Origin: Patescibacteria group bacterium UBA4473
Lineage (GTDB): Bacteria; Patescibacteriota; Gracilibacteria; UBA4473
Direction: 5' to 3'
Assembly: GCA_002389285.1 (NCBI GenBank)
Contig: DGOF01000041.1
Span: 22,194 to 86,193, forward strand
DNA length: 64,000 bases
Below the pieces are notes generated by a model. That model was not told the origin of the DNA. It saw only the letters and a program-made list of their open reading frames with translations, and ran no database searches. This document shows, in pieces, positions 52,824-62,121 of the stretch; position 1 is the first letter of the stretch; each line of letters starts with the position of its first letter. A program made the position numbers and the translations under genes.

Positions 52824-54053
52824 TCACTCATATGTTCTTCGCGCAGACTGAGCAATAATTTCTTTTCCCTGTCTGATCTTTGCCGGCCAAGCACGGTAAG
52901 CAGAAGAAAAAATTTCTTCCTCAGCCGCCCCTCCGTTTTCGACCCGTCGAATCCACTCAGCACGAAAGCCATCATGTGCCGCCGACAAAACTTCCATTTC
53001 TCCGTCTGGTAAATCTTCCGTCTCATAGACAATCGGATCGGGCGCTTTTTCATAATCAGAAATAAACGGCCCCTCAAAAACGACATCCCGACCATCATCT
53101 GTCCCATAAAAGACAAAATATAAATCATCGTCTTCCACAAAAGCTTGGATCAAAATATCCCCTGGGGTGTCATTATAAAATTTAAAGTCTTGTCCCCCCA
53201 GATAAATCGTCGCATCCAGACCAAAAGGCTGATAGTAAGGCACGGCATACGAATGATTCCGTCGATTTACAATCGGTAACCCCCCAGAAAAAGCCGCCCG
53301 AAACACCGTTGTAGAAACCTGACAGACACCACCACCTAATTCTTTTTCCGTCTTATCGCCCTTGATCACCAGTTCTTTTACAAAACCATCTTCTTCTTTT
53401 ACCGATTCCAAGATCGTATTAAAAGAAAACCGACGTTCATGAGAAATGATCAACCCATTATATTTCCGCGTTGCCGCCAAAATATTCTGACGACGCGCGT
53501 CAGAAGAACCAGTAAAATTTGATTTCCCAACCGCAATAATCTCTTGAATACCTTGTTTTTCTAACAACGGATGAACCACAACTTCTGAAAAAATCTTCTC
53601 GGCCGGCACCCGTACATGCGTATCGCCCCTTTCGATGGCCTGATTAATAAGCGCCACCAATCGATCATATTCAATATCAAATCCATCATGCGGCGATCCT
53701 TCAAAAACGACATTTTTATCTTCATCAAAAGAAATTTTAACCGCTTGATGCTCTTGTTGCCGCAACAAAGAACTCGCCCGAAAAAAAGACTCGAGTTCTC
53801 CCGAAGCCACTTGAGTATGAAAATCAGTCTCCACCAAATCCATATTCACCGGTAAATCTCCACCAAAATCAACCGGGAGCTTAAATTTCCCAATCTGAAA
53901 AAAATGCTCAGGCGCCTGCTTCAAAAGTTTGTCTTGCGCCTGGAAATTAAGCGTCAATGACCGATCCGGAAACTTAAGGTGCATTTCCCCAACACCACGA
54001 GCAAATCCAATCCCCGGTAATAACAAAATCAAAACTCCAAAAAATTGCTTCAT
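52824..54053 (-). CDS. Secreted VanW-domain protein
   Basis: Signal peptide MKQFFGVLILLLPGIGFA. VanW signature GGGVCQVSTTVFRAAF...NRRNHSY. Its stop abuts the kinase stop with 0-nt spacing. Confidence 0.8.
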   Translation of the reverse strand: MKQFFGVLILLLPGIGFARGVGEMHLKFPDRSLTLNFQAQDKLLKQAPEHFFQIGKFKLPVDFGGDLPVNMDLVETDFHTQVASGELESFFRASSLLRQQEHQAVKISFDEDKNVVFEGSPHDGFDIEYDRLVALINQAIERGDTHVRVPAEKIFSEVVVHPLLEKQGIQEIIAVGKSNFTGSSDARRQNILAATRKYNGLIISHERRFSFNTILESVKEEDGFVKELVIKGDKTEKELGGGVCQVSTTVFRAAFSGGLPIVNRRNHSYAVPYYQPFGLDATIYLGGQDFKFYNDTPGDILIQAFVEDDDLYFVFYGTDDGRDVVFEGPFISDYEKAPDPIVYETEDLPDGEMEVLSAAHDGFRAEWIRRVENGGAAEEEIFSSAYRAWPAKIRQGKEIIAQSARRTYE

Positions 54054-54128
54054 AATCGACTTAAAAATACGCTAAAAGAGAGCCGAAGACAACTTGACTA
54101 TTTAGAAAAGATCATTAGAAATGTTACA

Positions 54129-55061
54129 ATGCCAAGATTTCCGCGAAATCCAGAAAAAAAACTCACGCCCATGGGAGAAATTGCCCAGGGAGGGCAGGGC
54201 GAAGTCAGCCTTCATTTTGATGATAAATCGGGGATCTATTACGTTAAAAAGCAAGTGAAACCAGGATCCGAATCCGCCGAAGAGAACCGTATAAACCGCC
54301 TTCAGCGAGAATTTGCCTGCTTACAAATTCTGTCCCATCCCAAAGTCCCACAACCCGTCGGCCGCGCGCCCGAATATGACCCCAAAGCCCATTTTTGGAT
54401 GAACCACATAATCGGGATGGACGGACAAGAATTGATCGATTTGAATCCCGAGGGAGTTCCTCACGTCCTGGCCCTCAATATAACACTCAAAGTCGCTGAA
54501 ATAGTCGAAAGCTGCCTCAGTCAAAGAATTCTTCACCGCGACATAAAACCCGCCAACATCATATGCACGCCACTCCTCAAGGACTATTATGATGTCCATT
54601 TGTGTGACTTTGGATCGGCCAAGCTGCGATATGAAAAATGGACCGAGCCCTTGTGGCGGCCCTTTGTTTTTGGAAATGAAGGGATCGCGCAGGCCGATTT
54701 TACACAATATGATCAACTCATCGGAACCGCCTACTACATGGACCCCCAACGCATAACCAATGCCCTCGATGAGTCCTCTCAGGGCGACAAAAGCGACATA
54801 TACAGTTTGGGGATAACCCTGTACCACTTCCTAACAGGAAAGGTGCCTTTTCATAATGACAATCAAAAGCAAGAAGAGATAAACGTTTCTACCATCCTCA
54901 GAAAACAACTGCACGAAGAATTAGATCTCACAGGACTCCCCGATCCCATTCAAAAACTCCTCCAGGCCATGTGCGCCAAAACCATCGAAGAACGACTCAG
55001 CTCCATACGAAACACGATTCTTATGATATCCAGAACAATACGACAAATAACCGCCGAATAA
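54129..55061 (+). CDS. Hanks-type Ser/Thr protein kinase (soluble, catalytic domain only)
   Basis: G-loop-like IAQGGQGEV, YYVKK, ILHRDIKPANII, LCDFGSA, GTAYYMDPQ, SDIYSLGITLYHFLTG. Confidence 0.85.
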   Translation: MPRFPRNPEKKLTPMGEIAQGGQGEVSLHFDDKSGIYYVKKQVKPGSESAEENRINRLQREFACLQILSHPKVPQPVGRAPEYDPKAHFWMNHIIGMDGQELIDLNPEGVPHVLALNITLKVAEIVESCLSQRILHRDIKPANIICTPLLKDYYDVHLCDFGSAKLRYEKWTEPLWRPFVFGNEGIAQADFTQYDQLIGTAYYMDPQRITNALDESSQGDKSDIYSLGITLYHFLTGKVPFHNDNQKQEEINVSTILRKQLHEELDLTGLPDPIQKLLQAMCAKTIEERLSSIRNTILMISRTIRQITAE

Positions 55062-55110
55062 GAAGACTCTCACTAAGAAATGCTATTGATAAACTTATAG
55101 CAAAACAATC

Positions 55111-55139
55111 TTGACAAAAGACCTCCTCATCCGTAAAGT
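55111..55139 (+). promoter_or_regulatory. Sigma-70-like promoter TTGACA-N17-TAAAGT upstream of rpmH
   Basis: -35 at 55111-55116 and -10 at 55134-55139. AGGA lies 9 nt before the rpmH ATG. Confidence 0.5.
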
Positions 55140-55166
55140 CCGCCCTGTCCTTTAGGAAAAACAATC

Positions 55167-55319
55167 ATGTTAGCAAAAAGACGATGGCGTAAACGAATGC
55201 GAACCCACGGTTTCCGTGAACGCATGTCTACTAAAAACGGACGACGAGTGCTCGCCGCTCGACGATCTAAAGGACGAAAACTCCTTGCTGTGACGCCAAA
55301 AGAAAAACCTTGGACCTAA
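55167..55319 (+). CDS. rpmH: 50S ribosomal protein L34
   Basis: My own translation (below the ORF-track length cut-off): [50 protein letters not shown]. The THGFR.RM.TKNGR.VL..RR.KGRK core is present. Confidence 0.9.
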   Translation: MLAKRRWRKRMRTHGFRERMSTKNGRRVLAARRSKGRKLLAVTPKEKPWT

Positions 55320-55654
55320 TGCTCCCACGAGCCTTCCGATTTACTACGAAACTCTTTGATCGTCTTTTTAGGCGTTCGAAGCGTTTTCGCGCGGGACCCT
55401 GCACATTCCTACTTTCTCCTGCCAAAGGCGCGCCTCGCTGCGCCATCGTTGTGGGAAAAAAAGTAAGTAAAAAAGCTGTTATTCGGAACCGCATGCGACG
55501 ACAAGCCTATGAAATTTTACGAACCCAATGGATACCAAAGCACCCCACACAAAACGTGATCTGCCTTTACAGCCCTCGTGAAATACCAGAAAATGCCAAA
55601 GACTTCGAACAAGCGCTTCATCAACTGATGACTTCCCTTGCCCCCTCTTCATGA
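55319..55654 (+). CDS. rnpA: RNase P protein component
   Basis: TAATG overlap with rpmH. Contains VGKKVSKKAVIRNRMRRQAYEIL (RNR motif). Confidence 0.85.
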   Translation: MLPRAFRFTTKLFDRLFRRSKRFRAGPCTFLLSPAKGAPRCAIVVGKKVSKKAVIRNRMRRQAYEILRTQWIPKHPTQNVICLYSPREIPENAKDFEQALHQLMTSLAPSS

Positions 55655-56907
55655 CACAACCCAAAAAACCCGGTTTTCTCAAAAGTTTCCTTGGATGGTT
55701 TATTGTTTTCTACTTGATCCTTTCGATCGTCCAATACTTCACATATACAACCGAAAACAAAGAAGTAACGATCGAAAAAGAAGTTCAAATAAAACTCGTT
55801 GATAAAAGTATGAATCTGGGAAATCTTGCCCAGTTTAAAATTGAAAACTTGGCATCCGCGCCCCTAAGTTTTGCTTCCCCTTGTGAAGAAGCGGGAAGTC
55901 TCAAAGTCTTCCGACTCCTCAATGGCCAAGAAGTAGAAGTTTCAAAATTTGAAAACTGCGAAAGTGCAGATCTACCAGGATTCACCCTGGAACCAGGAGA
56001 GGATCAAGTCTTAAGCTTTGCCGAATATAATCATGTTTTCTTTTCAGAGTCCGGACGATATCAACTTGAAGCCACCATGCAGACCGGTGATACGAGCAAA
56101 GTCATGCGATCTGAGATATTCGAATACGATAATCCCGGCATCTTTCGACAACTTTTCAGAGGCCTCATTTCGAAACCTTTGTTTAATACGCTCGTTTTCT
56201 TTGTCGACAAACTTCCCACCCATAGCTTCGGATGGGCCGTCATCCTGTTAACGATCTTGGTGAGACTCTTGCTTTTTGCTCCCAATCAACGAGCTATTCG
56301 ATCACAACATGAACTCCAAAAATTCCAGCCAAAAATCGAAGAGATCAAAAAGAAATACGCCAACAACCAACAAATGCTCGCCATGAAGACCATGGAGCTC
56401 TACAAAACCCACAAGATCAATCCTATGAGCTCCTGCCTCCCCATGCTCTTGCAGATGCCATTCCTCCTCGGATTATACTTTATTGTCAGAGATGGCCTTT
56501 CACCGCATCTAAACTTCTTGCTCTACAGTTTTCAGGCTGGCATTGACCTGAGTCTCGTACAAACAGAATTTTTTGGTCTCGATCTCGGCGTCCCCAATAT
56601 TTTAGTCCTTCCAGCCCTCGTTGGTATCGCCCAATGGGTCGCCATGAAACTCACGTTCTCTATTCAGAAAAAACGAAAAATAGGCAAAGAAAACAAACCT
56701 GAAAAAGCCCCCGCAATAGCCGGACAAATGCAACAGATGAACAAGATGATGATCTGGGTCATGCCCCTCATGATCGCCTTCTTCACGGCCAGCTTCCCAG
56801 CGGCTGTGGGAATCTACTGGTTGACCTCAACCCTCTTCGGTATTGCCCAGCAAAAAATCGTCTACTATCAGATGGACAAGCCTCAAGTACGACGGGTAGA
56901 GAAGTAG
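55651..56907 (+). CDS. yidC: Membrane protein insertase YidC
   Basis: N-terminal TM plus a small periplasmic domain. Conserved core GWAVILLTILVRLLLFAP...KINPMSSCLPMLLQMPFLLGLYF...FPAAVGIYWLTSTLFGIAQQ. Confidence 0.9.
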   Translation: MTQPKKPGFLKSFLGWFIVFYLILSIVQYFTYTTENKEVTIEKEVQIKLVDKSMNLGNLAQFKIENLASAPLSFASPCEEAGSLKVFRLLNGQEVEVSKFENCESADLPGFTLEPGEDQVLSFAEYNHVFFSESGRYQLEATMQTGDTSKVMRSEIFEYDNPGIFRQLFRGLISKPLFNTLVFFVDKLPTHSFGWAVILLTILVRLLLFAPNQRAIRSQHELQKFQPKIEEIKKKYANNQQMLAMKTMELYKTHKINPMSSCLPMLLQMPFLLGLYFIVRDGLSPHLNFLLYSFQAGIDLSLVQTEFFGLDLGVPNILVLPALVGIAQWVAMKLTFSIQKKRKIGKENKPEKAPAIAGQMQQMNKMMIWVMPLMIAFFTASFPAAVGIYWLTSTLFGIAQQKIVYYQMDKPQVRRVEK

Positions 56908-56917
56908 TTATAAAGCT

Positions 56918-58159
56918 TTACGCCACCGTCCGAAACATATCCTCGATCGTCTCGGCGTGACGGATCTTTTGGATATCGCCCGAAGAAGTTTGTAAGTATT
57001 CAGCCGAACGCGGCTGGCCATTATAGTTATGTCCCATGGAAAACGCATGCGCGCCACAGTTATGAATCGCCACAAAGTCACCCACTTCAATCAAAGGCAG
57101 TTCACGATCATGCGCAAACTGATCATTATTTTCACAGATTCTTCCGACAAGATTTACTTTCTCAAGAGATGAATCTTCTGCATCTTTGCCCAGCACACTG
57201 GCATGATGATACGCTCCATAAATAGATGGTCGTGGCATGTGATTACAGTTCGCATCCAGACCAATAAATTTCTTGTAGCCATCTTTGATCACATTGACCC
57301 GTCCGACCAAAAATCCACTATCACACGTCACCCAGCGTCCGGGTTCGATCATGAGTTTCGGCTCAGCAAGCCCTGTTTTGGCGGACTGTTCATCAAACGT
57401 TTTTCTGATCGCCTGCGCGACTTTGGTCAAATCAAGAGAGGGCTCTTCTGGCTTATACGCCACACCAAATCCGCCACCGATATTCATGTATTCAAGTTCA
57501 ATACCGAGTTCTTTCTGCAAAATTGCATAGATCTCCCACAGTCGCGTCGCCACTTCTGAGAAATAATTTTCATCTAAAACATTACTCCCCGTCATCGTAT
57601 GAATACCGAAACGTTTTACACCGAGCGCCTGCGCCTTTCTATACGCTTCTACGGCCTGTTCATGCGGCACACCATACTTCGCATCATCTCCGCCAAAAAG
57701 AAGGCTCTTCATCCCGCCTTTCGTGATTCCGGGATTAATGCGAAAAGATAAAAAATCCGGCACGCCCAAATCTTCCAGACGATCTAATAACGAAATATCA
57801 TCAAGATTTAAGAGCACTTTATCATTCTCCAACACTACTTTGAGCTCTTCATCCGTCGTATAGTTACTCGTATGCATTCCCCAGTTATCAAGCTGTTCCG
57901 TCATCCAGGCCTCCGACTGACTACTGCAGTCAAATCCAAATCCTTCTTCCTGAATAATTTTTAAAATATGTGTATTCGGCGTGGCCTTCATCGCAAAAAG
58001 CGGGGAAAACCCCGGGAAAAGCGGCTTAAAAAGAGCCTGAATCTGCTGACAATGATCACGAATTTGATCTTCTTCGTAGAGAAAAAAAGGCGTTGGAAAT
58101 TGCTCGGTCGCCGCTAATAAAACTTCGTGCGGACACCGCGTAACATCAGGATTAGTCAT
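56918..58159 (-). CDS. lysA: Diaminopimelate decarboxylase
   Basis: Fold-III PLP decarboxylase: FAMKATPN (PLP Lys), GGGFGVAY, EPGRWV, CENNDQFA, GAHAFSMGHNYNG. Last gene of the dap operon. Confidence 0.8.
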   Translation of the reverse strand: MTNPDVTRCPHEVLLAATEQFPTPFFLYEEDQIRDHCQQIQALFKPLFPGFSPLFAMKATPNTHILKIIQEEGFGFDCSSQSEAWMTEQLDNWGMHTSNYTTDEELKVVLENDKVLLNLDDISLLDRLEDLGVPDFLSFRINPGITKGGMKSLLFGGDDAKYGVPHEQAVEAYRKAQALGVKRFGIHTMTGSNVLDENYFSEVATRLWEIYAILQKELGIELEYMNIGGGFGVAYKPEEPSLDLTKVAQAIRKTFDEQSAKTGLAEPKLMIEPGRWVTCDSGFLVGRVNVIKDGYKKFIGLDANCNHMPRPSIYGAYHHASVLGKDAEDSSLEKVNLVGRICENNDQFAHDRELPLIEVGDFVAIHNCGAHAFSMGHNYNGQPRSAEYLQTSSGDIQKIRHAETIEDMFRTVA

Positions 58160-58173
58160 AGATGTATAAAGAT

Positions 58174-59025
58174 TTATGAATGTTTAAAATTTTTGAAAGT
58201 CTCTAAAAGCTGCGCTTTATTTTCAGGCATCATGGTCGTCATCGGCAAACGAAAGACTTCCTCACACCCCCCTTCTTCCGCCAACAAAGTCTTGATAGGC
58301 TGTGGATTCGTCTCAATAAAAATATCTTCAAATAATTTTTCTAAAAAAGAGTTTGGCTGCAGATCCTCCAAATATGTTTTCACCGCCTCTGGAACAATGT
58401 TTGAAGCCACAGAAACAACCCCATGCCCACCAGATTTGCACAACTCCAAGGTCATGCTGTCATCCCCACTCAGAACCGAAAAATCATCCGGAACCGAAGC
58501 GATAACTTCTTTGATTTGATCCAGATCACCACTCGCTTCTTTCACGCCCACGATGTTATCAATTTTTGATAACGCCAAAAGCGTTTCCGTTTCAAGATTA
58601 ATACTCGTTCGGCAGGCAACATTATACAAAATAACCGGAATGGTTATAGACTTGGCAATAACAGAAAAATGCTCATAAAGACCTTTCTGCGTCGGTTTAT
58701 TGTAATAAGAATTCACGAGCATCACTCCATCGGCGCCAAGCTCTTGAGCTTTTTGAGAGGCCTTGATACTTTTGGCCGTACAGTTACTGCCGGTTCCAAT
58801 AATAATTTGCGTTCGCCCATCGGCTTTTTTAATCGCCGTCGCAATTAATATTTCTGATTCTTCTTCGGAAATCGTCGGCGATTCTCCCGTCGTGCCCAAA
58901 ACAACTAAGCCATCAACACCAGCCTGAATTTGTGATTCAATCAGCGATTCAAATACTTCTAAATCTAACGATTCATCCGTCTTAAAAGGCGTCACTAAGG
59001 CCGTATACAATCCTTTAAAAATCAT
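58174..59025 (-). CDS. dapA: 4-hydroxy-tetrahydrodipicolinate synthase
   Basis: ALVTPF, LGTTGESPT, YNKPTQ, and VGVKEASGD (Schiff-base Lys). Confidence 0.9.
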   Translation of the reverse strand: MIFKGLYTALVTPFKTDESLDLEVFESLIESQIQAGVDGLVVLGTTGESPTISEEESEILIATAIKKADGRTQIIIGTGSNCTAKSIKASQKAQELGADGVMLVNSYYNKPTQKGLYEHFSVIAKSITIPVILYNVACRTSINLETETLLALSKIDNIVGVKEASGDLDQIKEVIASVPDDFSVLSGDDSMTLELCKSGGHGVVSVASNIVPEAVKTYLEDLQPNSFLEKLFEDIFIETNPQPIKTLLAEEGGCEEVFRLPMTTMMPENKAQLLETFKNFKHS

Positions 59026-59741
59026 GAGAGAAAATCAGTCATAGTATAAAATCCTGGTTTTTGATCCACGAGCCACGCCGCCGATCGAGCAGCTCCCGAC
59101 GCATAACCATCACGGTTTCGCGCTGAATGCTTAAGCTCAATAACATCCGAAGCACTATCAAATCCAATCGTATGAGAAAAATTCGTCACCCCGCCTCGTG
59201 TAGAAGAAAAGTGTAATTCATGCGGTTGGATTTGACGCTGTAAAGATTCTTCGACCACCTCTGTTTTACGATCCAAATTTTTTAATAAAATATCTTCAAG
59301 TGTTTTCGCCGTCCCCGAAGGCGAATCCGCTTTAAATTTATGATGCAGTTCCGTCGCCCACACATCATAGTCTTCAAAACCATTCATCAATTGCGCGGCT
59401 TTCTCGACCATCTGAAAATACAAGTTCACACCGATCGAAAAATTCGAAGCATACATCGCTTTCCCCCCATATTTTTCAATCAGATTTTTTACGTCCTCTA
59501 AATGCTCATACCAGCCCGTCGTAATAATCAAAACCGGCTTCCCCTCAGTAATAATGTTTTCCACATTTTTTACACAGGCCTCCGGAACCGTCGCCTCTAT
59601 GACGATGTCCGCATTAGACAAACTTTCGGTGCAAATCTTTTGATCGGGGCCTATTTCACCCACACATTCATGGCCCAAAGCGACCAGCTGCGCTTGCGTT
59701 GCCTTTCCCATTCCGCCGCAGCCCACTGATACAAATTTCAT
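59022..59741 (-). CDS. dapB: 4-hydroxy-tetrahydrodipicolinate reductase
   Basis: ELHHKFKADSPSGTAKTL signature. 239 aa. ATGA overlap with dapA. Confidence 0.85.
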   Translation of the reverse strand: MKFVSVGCGGMGKATQAQLVALGHECVGEIGPDQKICTESLSNADIVIEATVPEACVKNVENIITEGKPVLIITTGWYEHLEDVKNLIEKYGGKAMYASNFSIGVNLYFQMVEKAAQLMNGFEDYDVWATELHHKFKADSPSGTAKTLEDILLKNLDRKTEVVEESLQRQIQPHELHFSSTRGGVTNFSHTIGFDSASDVIELKHSARNRDGYASGAARSAAWLVDQKPGFYTMTDFLS

Positions 59742-59742
59742 A

Positions 59743-60747
59743 TTATAAACATTTATGAGCTATCAAAACTCCATTCAAAGCCGCCCCTCTCAAAAGCTGA
59801 TCCCCACAAACAAAGAAGTCCAATCCTCTGTCTCCAAAAACATCATTCGCCCGAATCCGCCCCACCTCCACATCAAACTGCTCGGTCGACGTCAAAGGCA
59901 TCGGATAGAGCAGCTTTTCTTGATCATCACAAAGCTTTACGCCCTGCGCAGAAGCTAAAATTTCACGCACTTTTTCAAGATCCACTTCTTTTTCTGTTTC
60001 AAGCGTGACCGATTCTGCATGCGCCCGAAACGTCGGGATCCGGACCGCCGTACAAGAGATCGGCAGATCCGGAAGCCCGAATATTTTCCGTGTTTCCCAC
60101 GTCACTTTCATTTCTTCTTTGGTGTATCCATTGTCCTGAAAAACATCAATCTGAGGGATCAGATTAAACGGAATAGGATGCGCAAAATGCTCATGCGTCA
60201 CCGGTTTATCTTCTAAATAATTTTGCGTCTGTTCCCGTAATTCATCCATACACGCCTTGCCGCCTCCCGATGTCGCCTGATAAGTCGAGACAATCACACG
60301 CTTCAGTCCAAAGGTTTGATAGATCGGCCATAAAGCCATCGCTAAGATCGCGGTAGTACAGTTCGGATTGGAAATAAGTTTCGCGTCACCAATCGCGTCT
60401 GCATTGATCTCAGGGACGATCAAGGGTACATCCTCTTCGTACCGAAAGGCCGAAGAATTATCGATGACGATGGCCCCTTGTGCACTCAGCGCACGCGCAT
60501 GTTCTTTGGCAAACCCGCCGCCCACAGCCAAAAACACAACATCCGCTTTCCCGGCTGCTTCAACCGAAAAGAGTTCTATTTTTTTATCCCCAAAAGGCGT
60601 GGCTATAACTTTTCCCGCCGAACGCGCGGAGGCGTATAAATGCAGATGGTCTCCATCGGTTGGAAAATTTGTGGCGTTCAGACAGTGTAATAATTCCTGT
60701 CCGACCACGCCGGTGGCACCGATAATCGCTACTGTTCGCATGGGCAA
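59743..60747 (-). CDS. asd: Aspartate-semialdehyde dehydrogenase
   Basis: VAIIGATGVVGQE and SNPNCTTAI (active-site Cys), with RIPTFRAHAES further on. Confidence 0.9.
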   Translation of the reverse strand: MPMRTVAIIGATGVVGQELLHCLNATNFPTDGDHLHLYASARSAGKVIATPFGDKKIELFSVEAAGKADVVFLAVGGGFAKEHARALSAQGAIVIDNSSAFRYEEDVPLIVPEINADAIGDAKLISNPNCTTAILAMALWPIYQTFGLKRVIVSTYQATSGGGKACMDELREQTQNYLEDKPVTHEHFAHPIPFNLIPQIDVFQDNGYTKEEMKVTWETRKIFGLPDLPISCTAVRIPTFRAHAESVTLETEKEVDLEKVREILASAQGVKLCDDQEKLLYPMPLTSTEQFDVEVGRIRANDVFGDRGLDFFVCGDQLLRGAALNGVLIAHKCL

Positions 60748-62111
60748 TGTTGGGTGAGAGAAGTATGAAGACTCCGAATGGCATCCTGCACTTTCGGCGT
60801 ATCAAGGACCAAAAGCTGGGCAATCTCCGAAGCATTCTGAGAAAAAGCACTGATACTCACATTTTCTTTCGCGACCGCCTGGAAAATCTGAGCCGAAACC
60901 CCGGCCTGACCGTGCACCGACCGCGGAGAAACAATACAAATAATACTTTTGTCTTCCTCTATTTGCAGGGGCGCAATGTTTTCCAACGCTTCTAAAAATC
61001 CATTTTTACCCATGTCTTCCGCTGACATACAAAACGTAAAAATAGACTCACTCGAAGCAATGAGATCCATACGCGCTTCACATCCACTCGCCAGATCAAA
61101 GAGTTCTTTATAGACAATCCGCTGTGATTTGAGCGATCCAAAAAGATCGAGCGAAATCATGACCACCGGCTTGGACGCGACCGAAAGCATTAACGTCTGA
61201 CATTTTTCTTCGTGGACTTTGGTAATCCGCGTTCCCTGTTTTTCGGGCGCAAAGGTGTTTTTGATCCAGACTTCTCCGCCCCCTTCGATCACCGGCCGAA
61301 TGGTCCGTGGATGCAAAACTTTCGCGCCAAAAAAACAAAGCTCGGTCGCTTCTTCATAACTAATATGGGAAATCACATGCGCCTCCGGCACAATCCGAGG
61401 ATCAGCAGATAAAAAGCCATCCACATCCGTCCAAATCTCCAAAGTTGGACAGTCCAGACTCACCGCCACAATCGCCGCCGAATAATCCGACCCACCACGC
61501 CATCCCAAGAGCGAAATAATGCTCTGCGGATTCGTCCCAAAAAATCCCGTCAAAACCGGAATCTGTTTTTGTTCCAAGAGCGGATTAAGCGCCTGTAAAA
61601 GATCAAGTTTGGTTTGATCCCAGTCCACTTCTCCGCATTTATAACTGCCCCCCGTCGTCCGAATAAACTTTGTATCTTGCTGAATCCCCGGAAGACCTTC
61701 TTGTTTCAAAATTTCAGCCAAAAGACGCGTTGAAAGACGCTCCCCAAGACTGGCTAAATACGCCAACGATCGGTCCGAAAGCTCTCGGATCCGAGCAATC
61801 CCCTGCACAAATCCGTGCAAATCTTCCAATAAAGGACGAATCGCGGCTTCCACTTCTTCTGTAATCTCAAATACAGCGGCCATCTCAAGATGCTTCGTTT
61901 CGATTTGCTTTAACAGGGAATCAATGGCGGGCATACTGCCTTTTTCGGCTAAATCTCCCATCTCTAAAAGCAAATTGGTCACCCCACTCATCGCCGAGCA
62001 GACGATCACCGGCACCTGTTCGTCTTCATAGTTTTGACGAATAATAGACGCTACCTGTCGCAATGAATCTTCCGACCCCATCGACGTACCACCGAATTTT
62101 AAAACCTTCAT
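60729..62111 (-). CDS. lysC: Aspartate kinase
   Basis: MKVLKFGGTSMGS and GRGGSDYSAA-like WRGGSDYSAA. C-terminal ACT repeats. Confidence 0.9.
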   Translation of the reverse strand: MKVLKFGGTSMGSEDSLRQVASIIRQNYEDEQVPVIVCSAMSGVTNLLLEMGDLAEKGSMPAIDSLLKQIETKHLEMAAVFEITEEVEAAIRPLLEDLHGFVQGIARIRELSDRSLAYLASLGERLSTRLLAEILKQEGLPGIQQDTKFIRTTGGSYKCGEVDWDQTKLDLLQALNPLLEQKQIPVLTGFFGTNPQSIISLLGWRGGSDYSAAIVAVSLDCPTLEIWTDVDGFLSADPRIVPEAHVISHISYEEATELCFFGAKVLHPRTIRPVIEGGGEVWIKNTFAPEKQGTRITKVHEEKCQTLMLSVASKPVVMISLDLFGSLKSQRIVYKELFDLASGCEARMDLIASSESIFTFCMSAEDMGKNGFLEALENIAPLQIEEDKSIICIVSPRSVHGQAGVSAQIFQAVAKENVSISAFSQNASEIAQLLVLDTPKVQDAIRSLHTSLTQHCPCEQ

Positions 62112-62121
62112 GGTTCAAATA

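Noticed and set aside
55111-56907. rpmH-rnpA-yidC as a marker of a nearby replication origin
   Set aside because: No dnaA gene, DnaA-box cluster or AT-rich unwinding element was seen in the flanks. jag is displaced about 40 kb away, so nothing supports an origin here.
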